From an uncultured bacterium (GTDB taxonomy: Bacteria > Patescibacteriota > Minisyncoccia > Phycocordibacterales > UBA6065): a DNA stretch of 64,000 nt. Below the pieces are notes generated by a model, which saw only the letters and a program-made list of their open reading frames with translations, was not told where the DNA came from and ran no database searches. Below, in pieces: positions 18,114-28,141 of this stretch. Positions within the stretch are counted from its first letter, which is position 1. Each line of letters opens with the position of its first letter. The stretch is from NCBI GenBank assembly GCA_963841935.1, contig CAWJEP010000005.1, forward strand, positions 69,845 to 133,844, written 5' to 3'. Position numbers and translations under genes: made by a program.

Positions 18114-19103
18114 TTACTCCGAAAATTCAATCGGCGGCCCGACGACGACTGGTCCTTGATGCGAAGCGTTCGAAACCGTATACAAGAGGACTTTGTCCAA
18201 ATAAACGGCGCCGTCGACTTTTTCAAAATCGAGTTCCGCGACGTTTCCGGTCATCACGTCTTGCGAAAAATACTGGTCGAAGAGCAAATTGCCGAGCGAG
18301 TAAATGACGGGCACATTGCCGATCCATTCTTTATCGCCAAGGACGTGCGGATGGGCGCCGACTATCGCCGTCGCTCCGGCGTCTACGAATTCTCGGGCCT
18401 CGGCTTTAACTCTTGCCGGCGTGTTTGTCGCGTATTCGTCGCCCCAGTGTGCCATGACGACCACCGGATAACCTTCACTCGAAAGTCTTTTTACGTCGGC
18501 GAGAATGTGGTCTTGACCGGGATTAAATTCGTGATAGCCGACGAAAGCCACGCAAATTGAATTTTTGCAGATAATTTGTTCCGTTCCGCCGGTGTTTAGC
18601 GGGTCGCCAAACCATTCGACTCCGGCGTCGGAGAGCCACTCGTGCGTTTGCGCAAGTCCGTCCGCTCCGAAATTATACGTGTGATTGTTTGCCAAGCTCA
18701 CGAGTGAAATGCCGGCGGCGGCGAGGGCTTCCGGCGTATTTGTGGCGAAAGTGAAAGTCAAATCATCGTCAGTCTCGCCGTTCGATAGGAGAGTTTTTGA
18801 AGGATAGTCGGTGACCGGGCCTTCAAGATTGACGACGCTCTCGTCCGCGGATTTGAAAAGCGGTGCGATACCTTGGAAGAGATAATCATAACCGTAAAGG
18901 TTACCGAGCGCACGGTTGTGTCTGTCGAGCATCACGTCGCCGCCGATAACGACTTTAAATTCTTCCGTCGCCGGGAGAGACGGCGGCGGTTTTACCGGCA
19001 CGAGGGGTTGGGAGTCATGAATCGGAGAGGATTGCCGGATGAAGATTATTGACCCGAAGATGACAACGAACGCGAAGAGTGCGGCCAGAGAAATTTTTAT
19101 CAT
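18114..19103 (-). CDS. CapA/PgsA-family metallophosphatase-like protein (membrane-anchored)
   Basis: N-terminal TM helix. VIGGDVMLDR, LANNHTYNFG, VVVMAHWGDEY and AIVGAHPHVLG are characteristic of the CapA/YwtB family. Start at ATG 19103. Confidence 0.6.
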   Translation of the reverse strand: MIKISLAALFAFVVIFGSIIFIRQSSPIHDSQPLVPVKPPPSLPATEEFKVVIGGDVMLDRHNRALGNLYGYDYLFQGIAPLFKSADESVVNLEGPVTDYPSKTLLSNGETDDDLTFTFATNTPEALAAAGISLVSLANNHTYNFGADGLAQTHEWLSDAGVEWFGDPLNTGGTEQIICKNSICVAFVGYHEFNPGQDHILADVKRLSSEGYPVVVMAHWGDEYATNTPARVKAEAREFVDAGATAIVGAHPHVLGDKEWIGNVPVIYSLGNLLFDQYFSQDVMTGNVAELDFEKVDGAVYLDKVLLYTVSNASHQGPVVVGPPIEFSE

Positions 19104-19138
19104 ATGACAATTATATACTTTTGATTTAAAATCATTGT

Positions 19139-20164
19139 ATGTCCAACATAATGGGTGATTCGATTTTCTGGATTGAGACGGAAAAAATAAAACCCAACCC
19201 TTACCAGCCGCGCCGCGAATTCGACGAAAACGCTTTACGCACACTCGCCGAATCGATAAGGATGTACGGCATTCTCCAGCCCTTGGTCGTGACGCGCAAG
19301 GAAGTGCCGAAAGAAGAAGGCGGATTCGCAGTCGAATACGAACTCATTTCCGGCGAGCGGCGTCTGCGCGCGGCCAAACTCGTCGGCGTGCCGACACTCC
19401 CCGCAATCATCCGCACCGACGCCGATGACGCGCGGCTCAAGCTTGAACTGGCGATTATAGAAAATCTTCAGCGCGAGGATTTAAATCCCGTGGATCGAGC
19501 GCGAGGATTCGAAAGGTTGGCGAAAGAATTCGGATTAAAACAAGGCGAGATAGGTTCGCGCATCGGCCGCTCGCGCGAATATGTCGCGAACTCACTTCGC
19601 ATTTTGACATTGCCCGAAGAAATGCTCTCGGCTCTCTCCGAAGGAAAGATTTCCGAAGGCCACACGCGACCGCTCCTCATGCTCGACACCAGAAAAGAAG
19701 AGCAGGAAACTTTGTATAAAGAAATAATTCACAAACGGGTGACGGTGAGGGAAGCCGAGCTCATAGCGAGGCGCATTGCCGTAGACCGAGCGAGGCGCCC
19801 CGAGAAAATTTTCGACCAAGAAATCGCCGAGATGGAAAGCAAGATAAGCGAGGCTTTGGGCACGCGCGTCCACGTGGAGCAGAGAAAAGACGGCGGCAAA
19901 ATTATGATTGATTTTTTCTCCGAAGAAGATTTGCACGCGATTTTGAATATGATGACAAACAAAAGAAATGCCTCCATCGAAGCTGTTCGTGGCGAGGGAG
20001 GAATAGGTTCTGGCGAGAGCGTAGTCTTAGCGAAGCGCACAAACGAGTCAGAACCTGTTCCGACTGAGACGCCATCTGTGTCTCTCGACGATCGTACGCC
20101 CGTCGAGAAAAAAGCTGACGATGAAAGCGACGATTTGTATTCTTTGAAGAATTTTTCCCTCTAA
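19139..20164 (+). CDS. parB: ParB/Spo0J-family partition protein (orphan, no adjacent parA)
   Basis: KIKPNPYQPRREFDE, LQPLVVTR, ISGERRLRAAKLVG, and the HTH ARGFERLAKEFGLKQGEIGSRIGRSREYVANSLRIL. 341 aa with an acidic C-terminal tail. Confidence 0.8.
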   Translation: MSNIMGDSIFWIETEKIKPNPYQPRREFDENALRTLAESIRMYGILQPLVVTRKEVPKEEGGFAVEYELISGERRLRAAKLVGVPTLPAIIRTDADDARLKLELAIIENLQREDLNPVDRARGFERLAKEFGLKQGEIGSRIGRSREYVANSLRILTLPEEMLSALSEGKISEGHTRPLLMLDTRKEEQETLYKEIIHKRVTVREAELIARRIAVDRARRPEKIFDQEIAEMESKISEALGTRVHVEQRKDGGKIMIDFFSEEDLHAILNMMTNKRNASIEAVRGEGGIGSGESVVLAKRTNESEPVPTETPSVSLDDRTPVEKKADDESDDLYSLKNFSL

Positions 20165-22351
20165 TTATTCTTTTTTCTTTCTCGTGAACCCACGTTTCTT
20201 TTTCGGTTCTTTGAGGATTTCTAATGCGCGCTCGAGGGTAATCGTGTAGACGTCGTCCGTCTTGAGCGAGCGAAAATCGCCGTCCTCGACCACGTACGGG
20301 CCGAATCTGCCTTTGTTCGCGGAAATTTCTTTACCTGTTTCGGGATTCACTCCTAGTTTTCGGGGAAGCGTGAGGAGATGTAAGGCTTCTTCAAGCGTGA
20401 GAGTTGCGACTTTTTCCGGTGGGACGCTAGCGCGTTTCGGATATTTTATTTCTTTTGTTTTTTCGCCGACTTGAACATACGGACCAAATTTTCCGGTTTT
20501 CATCGTGATTTCTTGTCCTGTTTCGGGGAAAATTCCCAAGACTCGATCTTTTGGCATTTCCATTCCGTCTATCGTGAGCATTCCTTTGCAGTCCGGATAT
20601 CTCGAGCAAGAAAGGAATTTGCCGCCTCGGCCGAGTTTCACAATCATCGGCGAACCGCAGACGGGACATTTGAGTTTCGGGTCGGCGTCGCCGAGAGTGG
20701 TGAGCTTGTCCATTTTGTCTTTGGCTTTTACGTCTTTGAGGAAAGGTTTGTAGAAATCGCCGAGAACTTTTTCGTACTTGATTTTGCCTTCGGCGATGAG
20801 GTCGAGCTCGTCTTCCATTTCGGCGGTGAAAGTGTCGCTTATATAATTACCGAAATTATTTTCGAGAAATGTCGAGACAACGTCGCCGGTGTCGGTGGGC
20901 TTTAGCGAGCGGCCTTCTTTCGTCACATACTCGCGGTCTTCTATCGTTTTTATAATGGAAGCGTAAGTCGAAGGCCGGCCGATGCCGCGTTTTTCCAATT
21001 CTTTGACGAGGCCGGCTTCGGTGTATCTTGCCGGCGGCTCTGTTTGTTTTTCCTGTGTTTTGATTTCAATCAGCTTGAGCGGGTCGTTTGAGGAAAGTTT
21101 TGGAAGTTCTACATCTTCGCCGCGAGCTTCTGGGTCGGCCTTAAGCCAGCCGGCAAAAAGAGTTTGCGAGCCGTTTGCGGCGAAGTCCGGAATGGAATTG
21201 CCGAAAATATTCGCCGTGACGCGCGTTCTTAAAATTTTGGCGTCCGCCATTTGCGAAGCGAGGGTGCGAGCCAGTATAAGAGCGTAAAGTTTTTGCTGTT
21301 CGGGATTATGACCGGCTTTCATTTTTGAAACATCCGTCGGGCGAATGGCCTCGTGAGCTTCTTGAGCGTTTTTGCTTTTTGTCTGGTATTTTCTAACGGT
21401 CAAAAATTCCTCGCCGTAAAGTTTCTTTATCGTGTTGGCTGCCGCGCCTAGGGCGAAATCGGAAAGGTTTACCGAATCGGTCCTCATATATGTAATGAGA
21501 CCGGCTTCGTAGAGACGCTGGGCGACGGACATCGTGCGCGACGGCGAGAAGCCGAGACGCGAGCTCGCAGTCTGCTGGAGGGTGGAAGTGGTGAATGGCG
21601 GATAAGGACTGCGCTTGGCTTCAGTTTCTTTCACATCCACGATATGCCAAGGATTTTTCTCTCCGGCCGCGACGATTCTTTTCATTTCTTTTTCCTCTCG
21701 TGGTTCTTCGGAACAAACAAAAAGAAGTTTCGTTTTGTTCCCTGCTTCCGTGTCCGCCGTTATCGTCCAAAACTTCTCCGGCACAAAAGCGCGGATTTCG
21801 CGTTCGTGTTCCATTATTATGCGCAGAGCGGGAGATTGAACGCGGCCGGCGGAGAGTCCATAGCGGACTTTTTTCCAAATGAGACCGGAGAGGTCGTAAC
21901 CGACGAGGCGGTCGAGGACGCGGCGCGCCTCTTGGGCGCGCCGCAAGTTTTCGTCTATGGCTCGAGGATGATTGATGGCTTCTTCGACCGCGCTTTTGGT
22001 AATTTCGTGAAAAACCACGCGTTTTGTTTTGTCGGGGTCGAGGCCGGTGGCAATAGCCACATGCCAAGCGATAGCTTCGCCTTCACGGTCGGGGTCGGTG
22101 GCGAGCAGGACCTCGCTTGATTTCAACGCCCTCCTGGCGATTTCGGCGACGATTTTTTCTTTGCCTTTGGATATTTCGTAATGGGGAATAAAGCCGCCTT
22201 CGATATCGATGGCTTTTTTGTTTGATTTCGGCAAATCGCGCACATGGCCGACGGAAGCCACGACCTCGTAGCCCGCGCCCAAATATTTTTCTATTGTCTT
22301 GGCTTTCGCCGGAGACTCGACGATGACCAAAGTGTTTTTCTCTTTAACCAT
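20165..22351 (-). CDS. topA: DNA topoisomerase I
   Basis: TOPRIM N-terminus LVIVESPAKAKTIEKYLG...VASVGHVRDLP. A catalytic Tyr region. C-terminal Zn-ribbon repeats (CPVCGSPM..., CSRYPDCKG). 728 aa. Confidence 0.9.
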   Translation of the reverse strand: MVKEKNTLVIVESPAKAKTIEKYLGAGYEVVASVGHVRDLPKSNKKAIDIEGGFIPHYEISKGKEKIVAEIARRALKSSEVLLATDPDREGEAIAWHVAIATGLDPDKTKRVVFHEITKSAVEEAINHPRAIDENLRRAQEARRVLDRLVGYDLSGLIWKKVRYGLSAGRVQSPALRIIMEHEREIRAFVPEKFWTITADTEAGNKTKLLFVCSEEPREEKEMKRIVAAGEKNPWHIVDVKETEAKRSPYPPFTTSTLQQTASSRLGFSPSRTMSVAQRLYEAGLITYMRTDSVNLSDFALGAAANTIKKLYGEEFLTVRKYQTKSKNAQEAHEAIRPTDVSKMKAGHNPEQQKLYALILARTLASQMADAKILRTRVTANIFGNSIPDFAANGSQTLFAGWLKADPEARGEDVELPKLSSNDPLKLIEIKTQEKQTEPPARYTEAGLVKELEKRGIGRPSTYASIIKTIEDREYVTKEGRSLKPTDTGDVVSTFLENNFGNYISDTFTAEMEDELDLIAEGKIKYEKVLGDFYKPFLKDVKAKDKMDKLTTLGDADPKLKCPVCGSPMIVKLGRGGKFLSCSRYPDCKGMLTIDGMEMPKDRVLGIFPETGQEITMKTGKFGPYVQVGEKTKEIKYPKRASVPPEKVATLTLEEALHLLTLPRKLGVNPETGKEISANKGRFGPYVVEDGDFRSLKTDDVYTITLERALEILKEPKKKRGFTRKKKE

Positions 22352-22415
22352 TCGCGCAAGTATTACACGAGAGGCAAAAAAAACGCAACGGTGGATAAAT
22401 AAAAAGTGCCGTCAA

Positions 22416-22781
22416 CTAATGTGACGGCACGAGGCGGTTTTCCGCCGAGGATTTCGGATATCTGTAGTAGACTCTTTTCTTTACCGCCACGAGGACAGCG
22501 TCTCCCGCGAAGTCGACGGATTTGTTTATGAGACTGAATCCTTCGGGAATCATCAGAAGTTTGACCTCATCGTCTTCGGCGTTTATGAAGCCTCGCTGGT
22601 GAAGCTCGGCGTGAAAGTCCGAGGATCGGGCATTCGTGTCGAACTTTCGGCAGACGAGGAAGATGGGAAAGGTTTCGTTGTCTATCGTGATGACCATCTT
22701 TTCCCTAACCTCGATGATTTCCGACTTGCGAAACGGTCCAAAAGCGTTCAAAAAGAAGAGTCTTGGGGATATGTTGTTCAT
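22416..22781 (-). CDS. Hypothetical protein
   Basis: 121-aa ORF between topA and dprA on the same strand. No recognisable motif. Confidence 0.3.
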   Translation of the reverse strand: MNNISPRLFFLNAFGPFRKSEIIEVREKMVITIDNETFPIFLVCRKFDTNARSSDFHAELHQRGFINAEDDEVKLLMIPEGFSLINKSVDFAGDAVLVAVKKRVYYRYPKSSAENRLVPSH

Positions 22782-22827
22782 GTGAGGGGGGTGCTTTCTG
22801 GTCGAGACTTTACTTTAAATTTTAGGG

Positions 22828-23685
22828 TTACGCAAGCCTCATCTCTCCGCCAGCTTCGGTGATGATGCCTTTGATTTCCATAACGCCGATGAGAGCCTGG
22901 GCTTGGGATACCGGCATATCTAAAGAGTCCACTAGTTCGTCGCGAGGCAGAGGTGTTTCGAGAAGCTCCACGACTTTTTTCTCCTGTGGAGACAGGTCTT
23001 TTATGTTTATGATTTTCTTTTTCTTCCCTTCAATTTTAAATCCAAGCGCGGCACGCAATTCTTCCGGAGTCGTTATCGGAGTCGCTCCGAGACGGATAAG
23101 CATATGAGGACCTTCGGATAGCGTTGAGAAAATCGAACCGGGCACGGCCAGAATGTCGCGATTGTACTCTGTGGCGAATTTTGAAGTGATGAGCGTGCCG
23201 GATTTCATTTGAGCTTCGATGACGAGAGTGGCGTGAGAAATCCCCGCCATAATTCTGTTTCTTTGCGGAAAACTAAAATCGGTGGCTTTGAAATCAGACT
23301 CAAATTCGGAAATGAGGCATCCGCCGGCTTGGAGAATTTTCTTTGCCAACTCGCGATTGGCGGCGGGGTAGAGGACTTTGTCCGAAAGGCCCGAGCCGGG
23401 GACGGCAACCGTCAAAATATTATTTTCCAGCGCCGCTTCGTGGGCCAAAGCGTCCGTTCCGAGCGCGAGTCCCGAAACAATGACGACGGGAAGTCCACGA
23501 AGTCCGGCGATTAGTGTTTTGACCGCGTCTTTGCCGTAACTTGAAGGTTTTCTCGTGCCGACGACGGTAAGATATTTTTCGGCAAGCGGAAATTCGCCTT
23601 TGATGTAAAGTTTTTCGGGTGGGTCTGTGATTTCGGACAGGAGAGGAGGAAAACTTTCCGCCGAAAGTTTGTGTATGGAGTCCAC
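22828..23685 (-). CDS. dprA: DNA processing protein DprA (Smf)
   Basis: Rossmann-like DprA core: TVVGTRKPSSYGKDAVKTLIAGLRGLPVVIVSGLALGTDALAHEAALENNILTVAVPGSGL. Often linked to topA, as it is here. Confidence 0.8.
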   Translation of the reverse strand: MDSIHKLSAESFPPLLSEITDPPEKLYIKGEFPLAEKYLTVVGTRKPSSYGKDAVKTLIAGLRGLPVVIVSGLALGTDALAHEAALENNILTVAVPGSGLSDKVLYPAANRELAKKILQAGGCLISEFESDFKATDFSFPQRNRIMAGISHATLVIEAQMKSGTLITSKFATEYNRDILAVPGSIFSTLSEGPHMLIRLGATPITTPEELRAALGFKIEGKKKKIINIKDLSPQEKKVVELLETPLPRDELVDSLDMPVSQAQALIGVMEIKGIITEAGGEMRLA

Positions 23686-23711
23686 TTGGAAAATATTGTA
23701 TCATACGGAGA

Positions 23712-24974
23712 ATGTTAGACATCAAATTTATCAGGGAAAACAAAGACTTGGTCGCCCTAGGCGCGAAGAAAAAGCGTATGAATTTCGATGTGGCGGCGCT
23801 TATCGCCGTGGACGATAAGCGCCGCGCTTTGATGGGAAGCATAGAGAAGCATCGCGCCGAACAAAACGAAGCCAGTATGAGAATCGCGAAGGCGCCGACC
23901 GCCGAGCGTTCGGCTATAGTCGAGTCGATGAAATTCGTCAAAGAATCTCTCGTCAAAGACGAAGAAGCGCTCAAAGAAGTGATGAAAGAATGGCAAGCGC
24001 TTATGCTTTCCGTGCCGAACATTCCGGATGTTTCCGTACCTGACGGCAAAGACGAAAGCGAGAACAAAGAATTGAAAACTTGGGGCGCGAAACCCGTTTT
24101 TGATTTTGAACCGAAAAACCACATAGAACTTATGACGGCGCTCGACATGGCCGATTTCGACAGAGGGGTGAAAGTCCACGGCTTCCGAGGGTATTTTTTG
24201 AAGAACGACGGCGCGCTTCTGTCGTGGGCAATCTGGAATTACGCCCGCGAGTTTTTTCTCGAAAAGAAATTCAATCCATTCATCGCTCCGGCCATCGTCA
24301 ATAAAGAATATTTCTACGGCACGGGACATCTGCCGGGAAGCGCCGAAGATATTTTCCAAACTCAAGACGGACAATATCTCGCCGGCACGGCAGAAGTGCC
24401 GATGATGGCTTATCATGCCGAAGAGACTTTCACCAAAGAAGAATTGCCGAAGCGGTATTTGGCGTTCTCTCCCTGTTTCAGAAGGGAAATAGGAAGCTAC
24501 AGCAAAGATGTAAAAGGTCTCATTCGCGTTCACGAATTTTATAAGTGGGAGCAATTGATTTTATGCGAAGCTAGCCATGACGAATCGGTGAAATTTCACG
24601 AAGAATTAAATAGGAACACCGAGGAGTTCATAGAATCCCTCGGCATTCCTTATCGCCAGGTCGCTATTTGCGGCGGAGATTTGAAAGCCGCCCATGTTAA
24701 ATCTTACGACACGGAGCTTTGGGTGCCGAAAGAAGGCAAGTACCGCGAAATCGCCAGCGCTTCTTATTATCACGATTTTCAGACCCGCAGATTTAATATT
24801 CGATACAAAGACGTCGACGGAAAAACCAAATACGCCCACTCGCTAAACGCCACCGCGATTCCCACGCCGCGCATTCTTGTGTCCCTCGTCGAAAACTTCC
24901 AACAAGCCGACGGCTCGATAAAAATTCCAAAAGTTCTCGTCCCGTATATGGGCAAATCAGTTATCGGTTCTTAA
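23712..24974 (+). CDS. serS: Seryl-tRNA synthetase
   Basis: N-terminal coiled-coil arm (MLDIKFIREN...). Class II motifs FRREIGSYSKDVKGLIRVHEF and GSASYYHDFQTRRFNIRYKD. 420 aa. Confidence 0.9.
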   Translation: MLDIKFIRENKDLVALGAKKKRMNFDVAALIAVDDKRRALMGSIEKHRAEQNEASMRIAKAPTAERSAIVESMKFVKESLVKDEEALKEVMKEWQALMLSVPNIPDVSVPDGKDESENKELKTWGAKPVFDFEPKNHIELMTALDMADFDRGVKVHGFRGYFLKNDGALLSWAIWNYAREFFLEKKFNPFIAPAIVNKEYFYGTGHLPGSAEDIFQTQDGQYLAGTAEVPMMAYHAEETFTKEELPKRYLAFSPCFRREIGSYSKDVKGLIRVHEFYKWEQLILCEASHDESVKFHEELNRNTEEFIESLGIPYRQVAICGGDLKAAHVKSYDTELWVPKEGKYREIASASYYHDFQTRRFNIRYKDVDGKTKYAHSLNATAIPTPRILVSLVENFQQADGSIKIPKVLVPYMGKSVIGS

Positions 24975-25013
24975 TATATGGGGAAAGGAGCTCCAATAAC
25001 GCAGGAAAAAATA

Positions 25014-25769
25014 ATGGCGCGCAAAAAAAAGCGCAGATTTTGGCTTTCCGTTTGCGCGCTCTCTTGTCTGACGCTCATAGTCTGCGGACTCTCGCTTATT
25101 TCTTCGCTCGATTTTTTTCAGGTCAAAGACATTGAAATATCCGGCGGCGCGAAGGAAGTACCGCTGGCCGAAACAATAGTGGAAAATAATCTCATTGGAG
25201 AATCCGCGTGGTTTTTTCCTCACTCGGATATTTTTCTTGCCTCCGCGAAAAAAATAGCGGGGAATATTAGCGCCGTTTTTCCGGCCGCGTCGTCCGTTTC
25301 CGTGACAAAAAAATATTTCTCGACGATTTTCGTCACCATAACGGACAAAACACCAGCGGCGCTCTGGTGCCTCGGCTCGTCCTGCGATGACATAGACCAA
25401 GACGGCTACGCTTTCGAGAAAGCCGATTCGGCGGCGACTTCGCTTATCGTCTTTCAAAACGGCGAGACGCCGATGGTCGGCGTCTCGCCCATACCAGCGG
25501 ACGAATTTATACCGCTTCTTATATTCATAAACGATTTGCCGCAGAGAGGCATTTACGCATCTTCAGTCACGCTAAATTCGGACAATACCGATGATATAGC
25601 CATCGGCACTTCAACAGATATTATCGTCGACCCGACGAAAGATTTATCGCAGTCGCTTTCCAATCTCGACCGAGTTTTGGGGAACAGCAATTCCGGCATA
25701 ACCGCGGCGAACATAACGTCTCTTCAATACTTGGATTTGCGTTTTCCGGACAAAATATTCTATAAGTAG
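25014..25769 (+). CDS. FtsQ/DivIB-like membrane protein (POTRA-type)
   Basis: Basic N-terminus, a single TM helix (FWLSVCALSCLTLIVCGLSLI), then FQVKDIEISGGAKEVPLAETI, typical of the start of the FtsQ POTRA domain. Assignment is by architecture only. Confidence 0.35.
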   Translation: MARKKKRRFWLSVCALSCLTLIVCGLSLISSLDFFQVKDIEISGGAKEVPLAETIVENNLIGESAWFFPHSDIFLASAKKIAGNISAVFPAASSVSVTKKYFSTIFVTITDKTPAALWCLGSSCDDIDQDGYAFEKADSAATSLIVFQNGETPMVGVSPIPADEFIPLLIFINDLPQRGIYASSVTLNSDNTDDIAIGTSTDIIVDPTKDLSQSLSNLDRVLGNSNSGITAANITSLQYLDLRFPDKIFYK

Positions 25770-26747
25770 ATGATGAAAGAAAATTTCTGGAAAAAAGTTT
25801 CGAAAAAGAGACCGTTTTTCGTTCTCGCTCCGATGGCTGACGTGACCGACGCGGCTTTCCGCAGGATTATCGCCAAATACGGCAAGCCCGCGGTCATGTG
25901 GACGGAATTCGTCAGCGCCGACGGGCTTTGTAACGACGAAGGTAGAAAACATTTACTCGTCGATCTCGCGTACACGGAAAAAGAAAGACCGATTGTTGCT
26001 CAGCTTTTCACTTCGAGTCCCGAGAAAATGCGCGAAGCTGCCCGTCTCGTCGCCGAGCTCGGTTTCGACGGACTCGATATCAATATGGGTTGTCCGGACA
26101 AGACGATTGAAAAACAAGGCGCTGGCGCCGCTCTCATAAAGACTCCAAAAATCGCTCGTGAAGTGATACGCGCGGCAAAAGAGGGAATAGCTCTCGCCGG
26201 AAAAGACATTCCGGTTTCGGTCAAGACTCGACTAGGCTGGAGCAAGCCGGAAATTGAGACATGGATTCCGGAACTTCTTTCTGAAGACATCGCGGCGCTC
26301 ACTATTCACGCTCGAACGCGAAAAGAAATGTCCTTGGTGCCGGCGCGATGGGAATTCGTCAAACGCGCCGTTGAGCTCAGAAACGAAATGAAATTGGAAA
26401 CGCTCATCATAGGGAACGGCGACGTGAAAGATTTGAAAGAGGCGAAGGCGCGCGCGAAAGAAACCGGAGCCGACGGTGTGATGATAGGCCGAGGCATATT
26501 CGGCAATCCGTGGCTTTTCGCCGGCAAGACGCCGAACATCAAAGAAAAATTGAAAGTTATGGTCGAGCACACGAAACTTTTCGAAAAACTTCTCGGCAAA
26601 AAGAAAAATTTCGCCGTTATGAAAAAACATTTCAAGGCTTACGTAAACGGCTTTGACGGCGCCAAAGAACTGCGCGTGGAGCTTATGGAATGCGAAAATG
26701 CCGCCGATGTCGGGAAAACAATAAAACGATTTTTAAAAACCATTTGA
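25770..26747 (+). CDS. tRNA-dihydrouridine synthase
   Basis: FVLAPMADVTDAAFR, VAQLFTSSPEKMREAARLVAELGFDGLDINMGCP (catalytic Cys) and VSVKTRLGW. These are Dus family hallmarks. Confidence 0.85.
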   Translation: MMKENFWKKVSKKRPFFVLAPMADVTDAAFRRIIAKYGKPAVMWTEFVSADGLCNDEGRKHLLVDLAYTEKERPIVAQLFTSSPEKMREAARLVAELGFDGLDINMGCPDKTIEKQGAGAALIKTPKIAREVIRAAKEGIALAGKDIPVSVKTRLGWSKPEIETWIPELLSEDIAALTIHARTRKEMSLVPARWEFVKRAVELRNEMKLETLIIGNGDVKDLKEAKARAKETGADGVMIGRGIFGNPWLFAGKTPNIKEKLKVMVEHTKLFEKLLGKKKNFAVMKKHFKAYVNGFDGAKELRVELMECENAADVGKTIKRFLKTI

Positions 26748-26991
26748 CAATAAAATTATGTTATGGTAGCTTGTCACGGCGAGTTCCTTAACCCTCAAAA
26801 TCGGATTCGTCCGGAGAAAGCGATAAAAGTCGAACACCCGTGAAAAACCCATAGCGCCTGCCAAGGCACATACGGATAAGTATCGGGCTCGAACAATACT
26901 TCAAAACAAGTTGGCCGCTTCAAAGGCTATCGCGTACTCAAATCCGGAAAAGAGGAGTTTACGCGGTGTTTAATGTAAGATTTTTGTGAAA

Positions 26992-27025
26992 AGGGCCCGC
27001 TGCGGAAACGCAGCGGGCCCAATCT
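26992..27025 (+). terminator. Strong intrinsic terminator hairpin upstream of dnaX (possible 3' end of an ncRNA)
   Basis: 12-bp perfect stem GGGCCCGCTGCG-GAAA-CGCAGCGGGCCC followed by AATCTTTTTA. It lies about 245 nt after the dus stop and 40 nt before the dnaX start. Confidence 0.5.
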
Positions 27026-27063
27026 TTTTATATTTCCAAGGAATAATCTGTTATACTTTTGTT

Positions 27064-28107
27064 ATGAACCACATCGCGCTCTACCGAAAATACCGCCCGG
27101 CAAATTTCAAAGAAGTCATCGGTCAAGACGCAATCGTTTCTACGCTTTCAGGTGAACTCAAATCGGGGAAAATTTCCCACGCTTATCTTTTTGCTGGTTC
27201 TCGTGGCACGGGTAAAACTTCTATCGCTCGCATTTTTGCCCGTGAGCTTGGCACGACGGATAAAGACACTTACGAAATAGACGCCGCGAGCAACCGCGGT
27301 ATAGACGACATTCGCGCTTTGCGTGACGCGGTGCTGACACTGCCTTTCGATTCGAAATACAAAGTTTATATCGTCGACGAAGTTCATATGCTGACTAAAG
27401 AAGCTTTCAACGCGCTTCTAAAAACTTTGGAAGAACCGCCGTCGCATGTGGTATTTATTCTCGCCACGACGGAAATACAGAAACTGCCGGAGACCATAGT
27501 TTCTCGATGTCAGGTCTTTGAATTCAAGCGGCCGTCGGTGGAAATTATCCGCTCCGTCGTCGCGACGGCCGCGAAATCCGAAGGCGTGGCGCTTGAAGGA
27601 AACTCTGCGGAACTCATCGCCGTCGCGGGCGACGGCTCTTTCCGAGACGCTTACGGCATTTTAGAGCGCGTCATCGCTTCATCCTCAGCGAAAAAAATCA
27701 CGGCGGAAATGATAGAGGAGACGACCGGCGCGCCGAAGCAGACACTCGTAAATTCCCTAATCTCCGCCATTGCCGATAAAAAATATTCCGATGCCATCAC
27801 GGCGCTTCGGCGCGGCGTGGAATCGGGAAATGATATGGCGCTTCTTTCAAAACTTCTCATAATTAAACTCCGCGCCATACTGATGCTCTCGATAGACCCG
27901 AAGTCAGATTTCACGAAAACATTTTCTGAAGAAGACATCGCTTTCGCCAAAAAAATAGCCGCGACTAAAAGCGTCACGGCGGAAACTTTGCTAGCTTTTC
28001 TTTCCGCTCACGATTCGATAGCTCGCGCGCCGCTCCCCGAACTTCCGATAGAACTGGCGATTCTTTCTCTCGCCGAAAAGGGAACAGACCAACGTCTCTT
28101 TTCGTAA
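27064..28107 (+). CDS. dnaX: DNA polymerase III subunit gamma/tau (short form)
   Basis: YRPANFKEVIGQDAIV, Walker A GSRGTGKTSIARIFAREL, Walker B YIVDEVHML, sensor ATTE. 348 aa. Start at ATG 27064, since the longer ORF would span the terminator hairpin. Confidence 0.85.
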   Translation: MNHIALYRKYRPANFKEVIGQDAIVSTLSGELKSGKISHAYLFAGSRGTGKTSIARIFARELGTTDKDTYEIDAASNRGIDDIRALRDAVLTLPFDSKYKVYIVDEVHMLTKEAFNALLKTLEEPPSHVVFILATTEIQKLPETIVSRCQVFEFKRPSVEIIRSVVATAAKSEGVALEGNSAELIAVAGDGSFRDAYGILERVIASSSAKKITAEMIEETTGAPKQTLVNSLISAIADKKYSDAITALRRGVESGNDMALLSKLLIIKLRAILMLSIDPKSDFTKTFSEEDIAFAKKIAATKSVTAETLLAFLSAHDSIARAPLPELPIELAILSLAEKGTDQRLFS

Positions 28108-28141
28108 CGCGCGAATTGCGCTAATCTTGATTTGCAGCCAT

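Noticed and set aside
19100-20200. Search for parS-like palindromes (TGTTTCACGTGAAACA) near parB
   Set aside because: No close match was seen by eye in or around the gene, so nothing is reported as a feature.
26986-27063. Longer dnaX start at 26986
   Set aside because: The extension (MKRARCGNAAGPIF...) is the translation of the 12-bp GC terminator hairpin. The ATG at 27064 (MNHIALYRKYRP) matches the conserved DnaX N-terminus.
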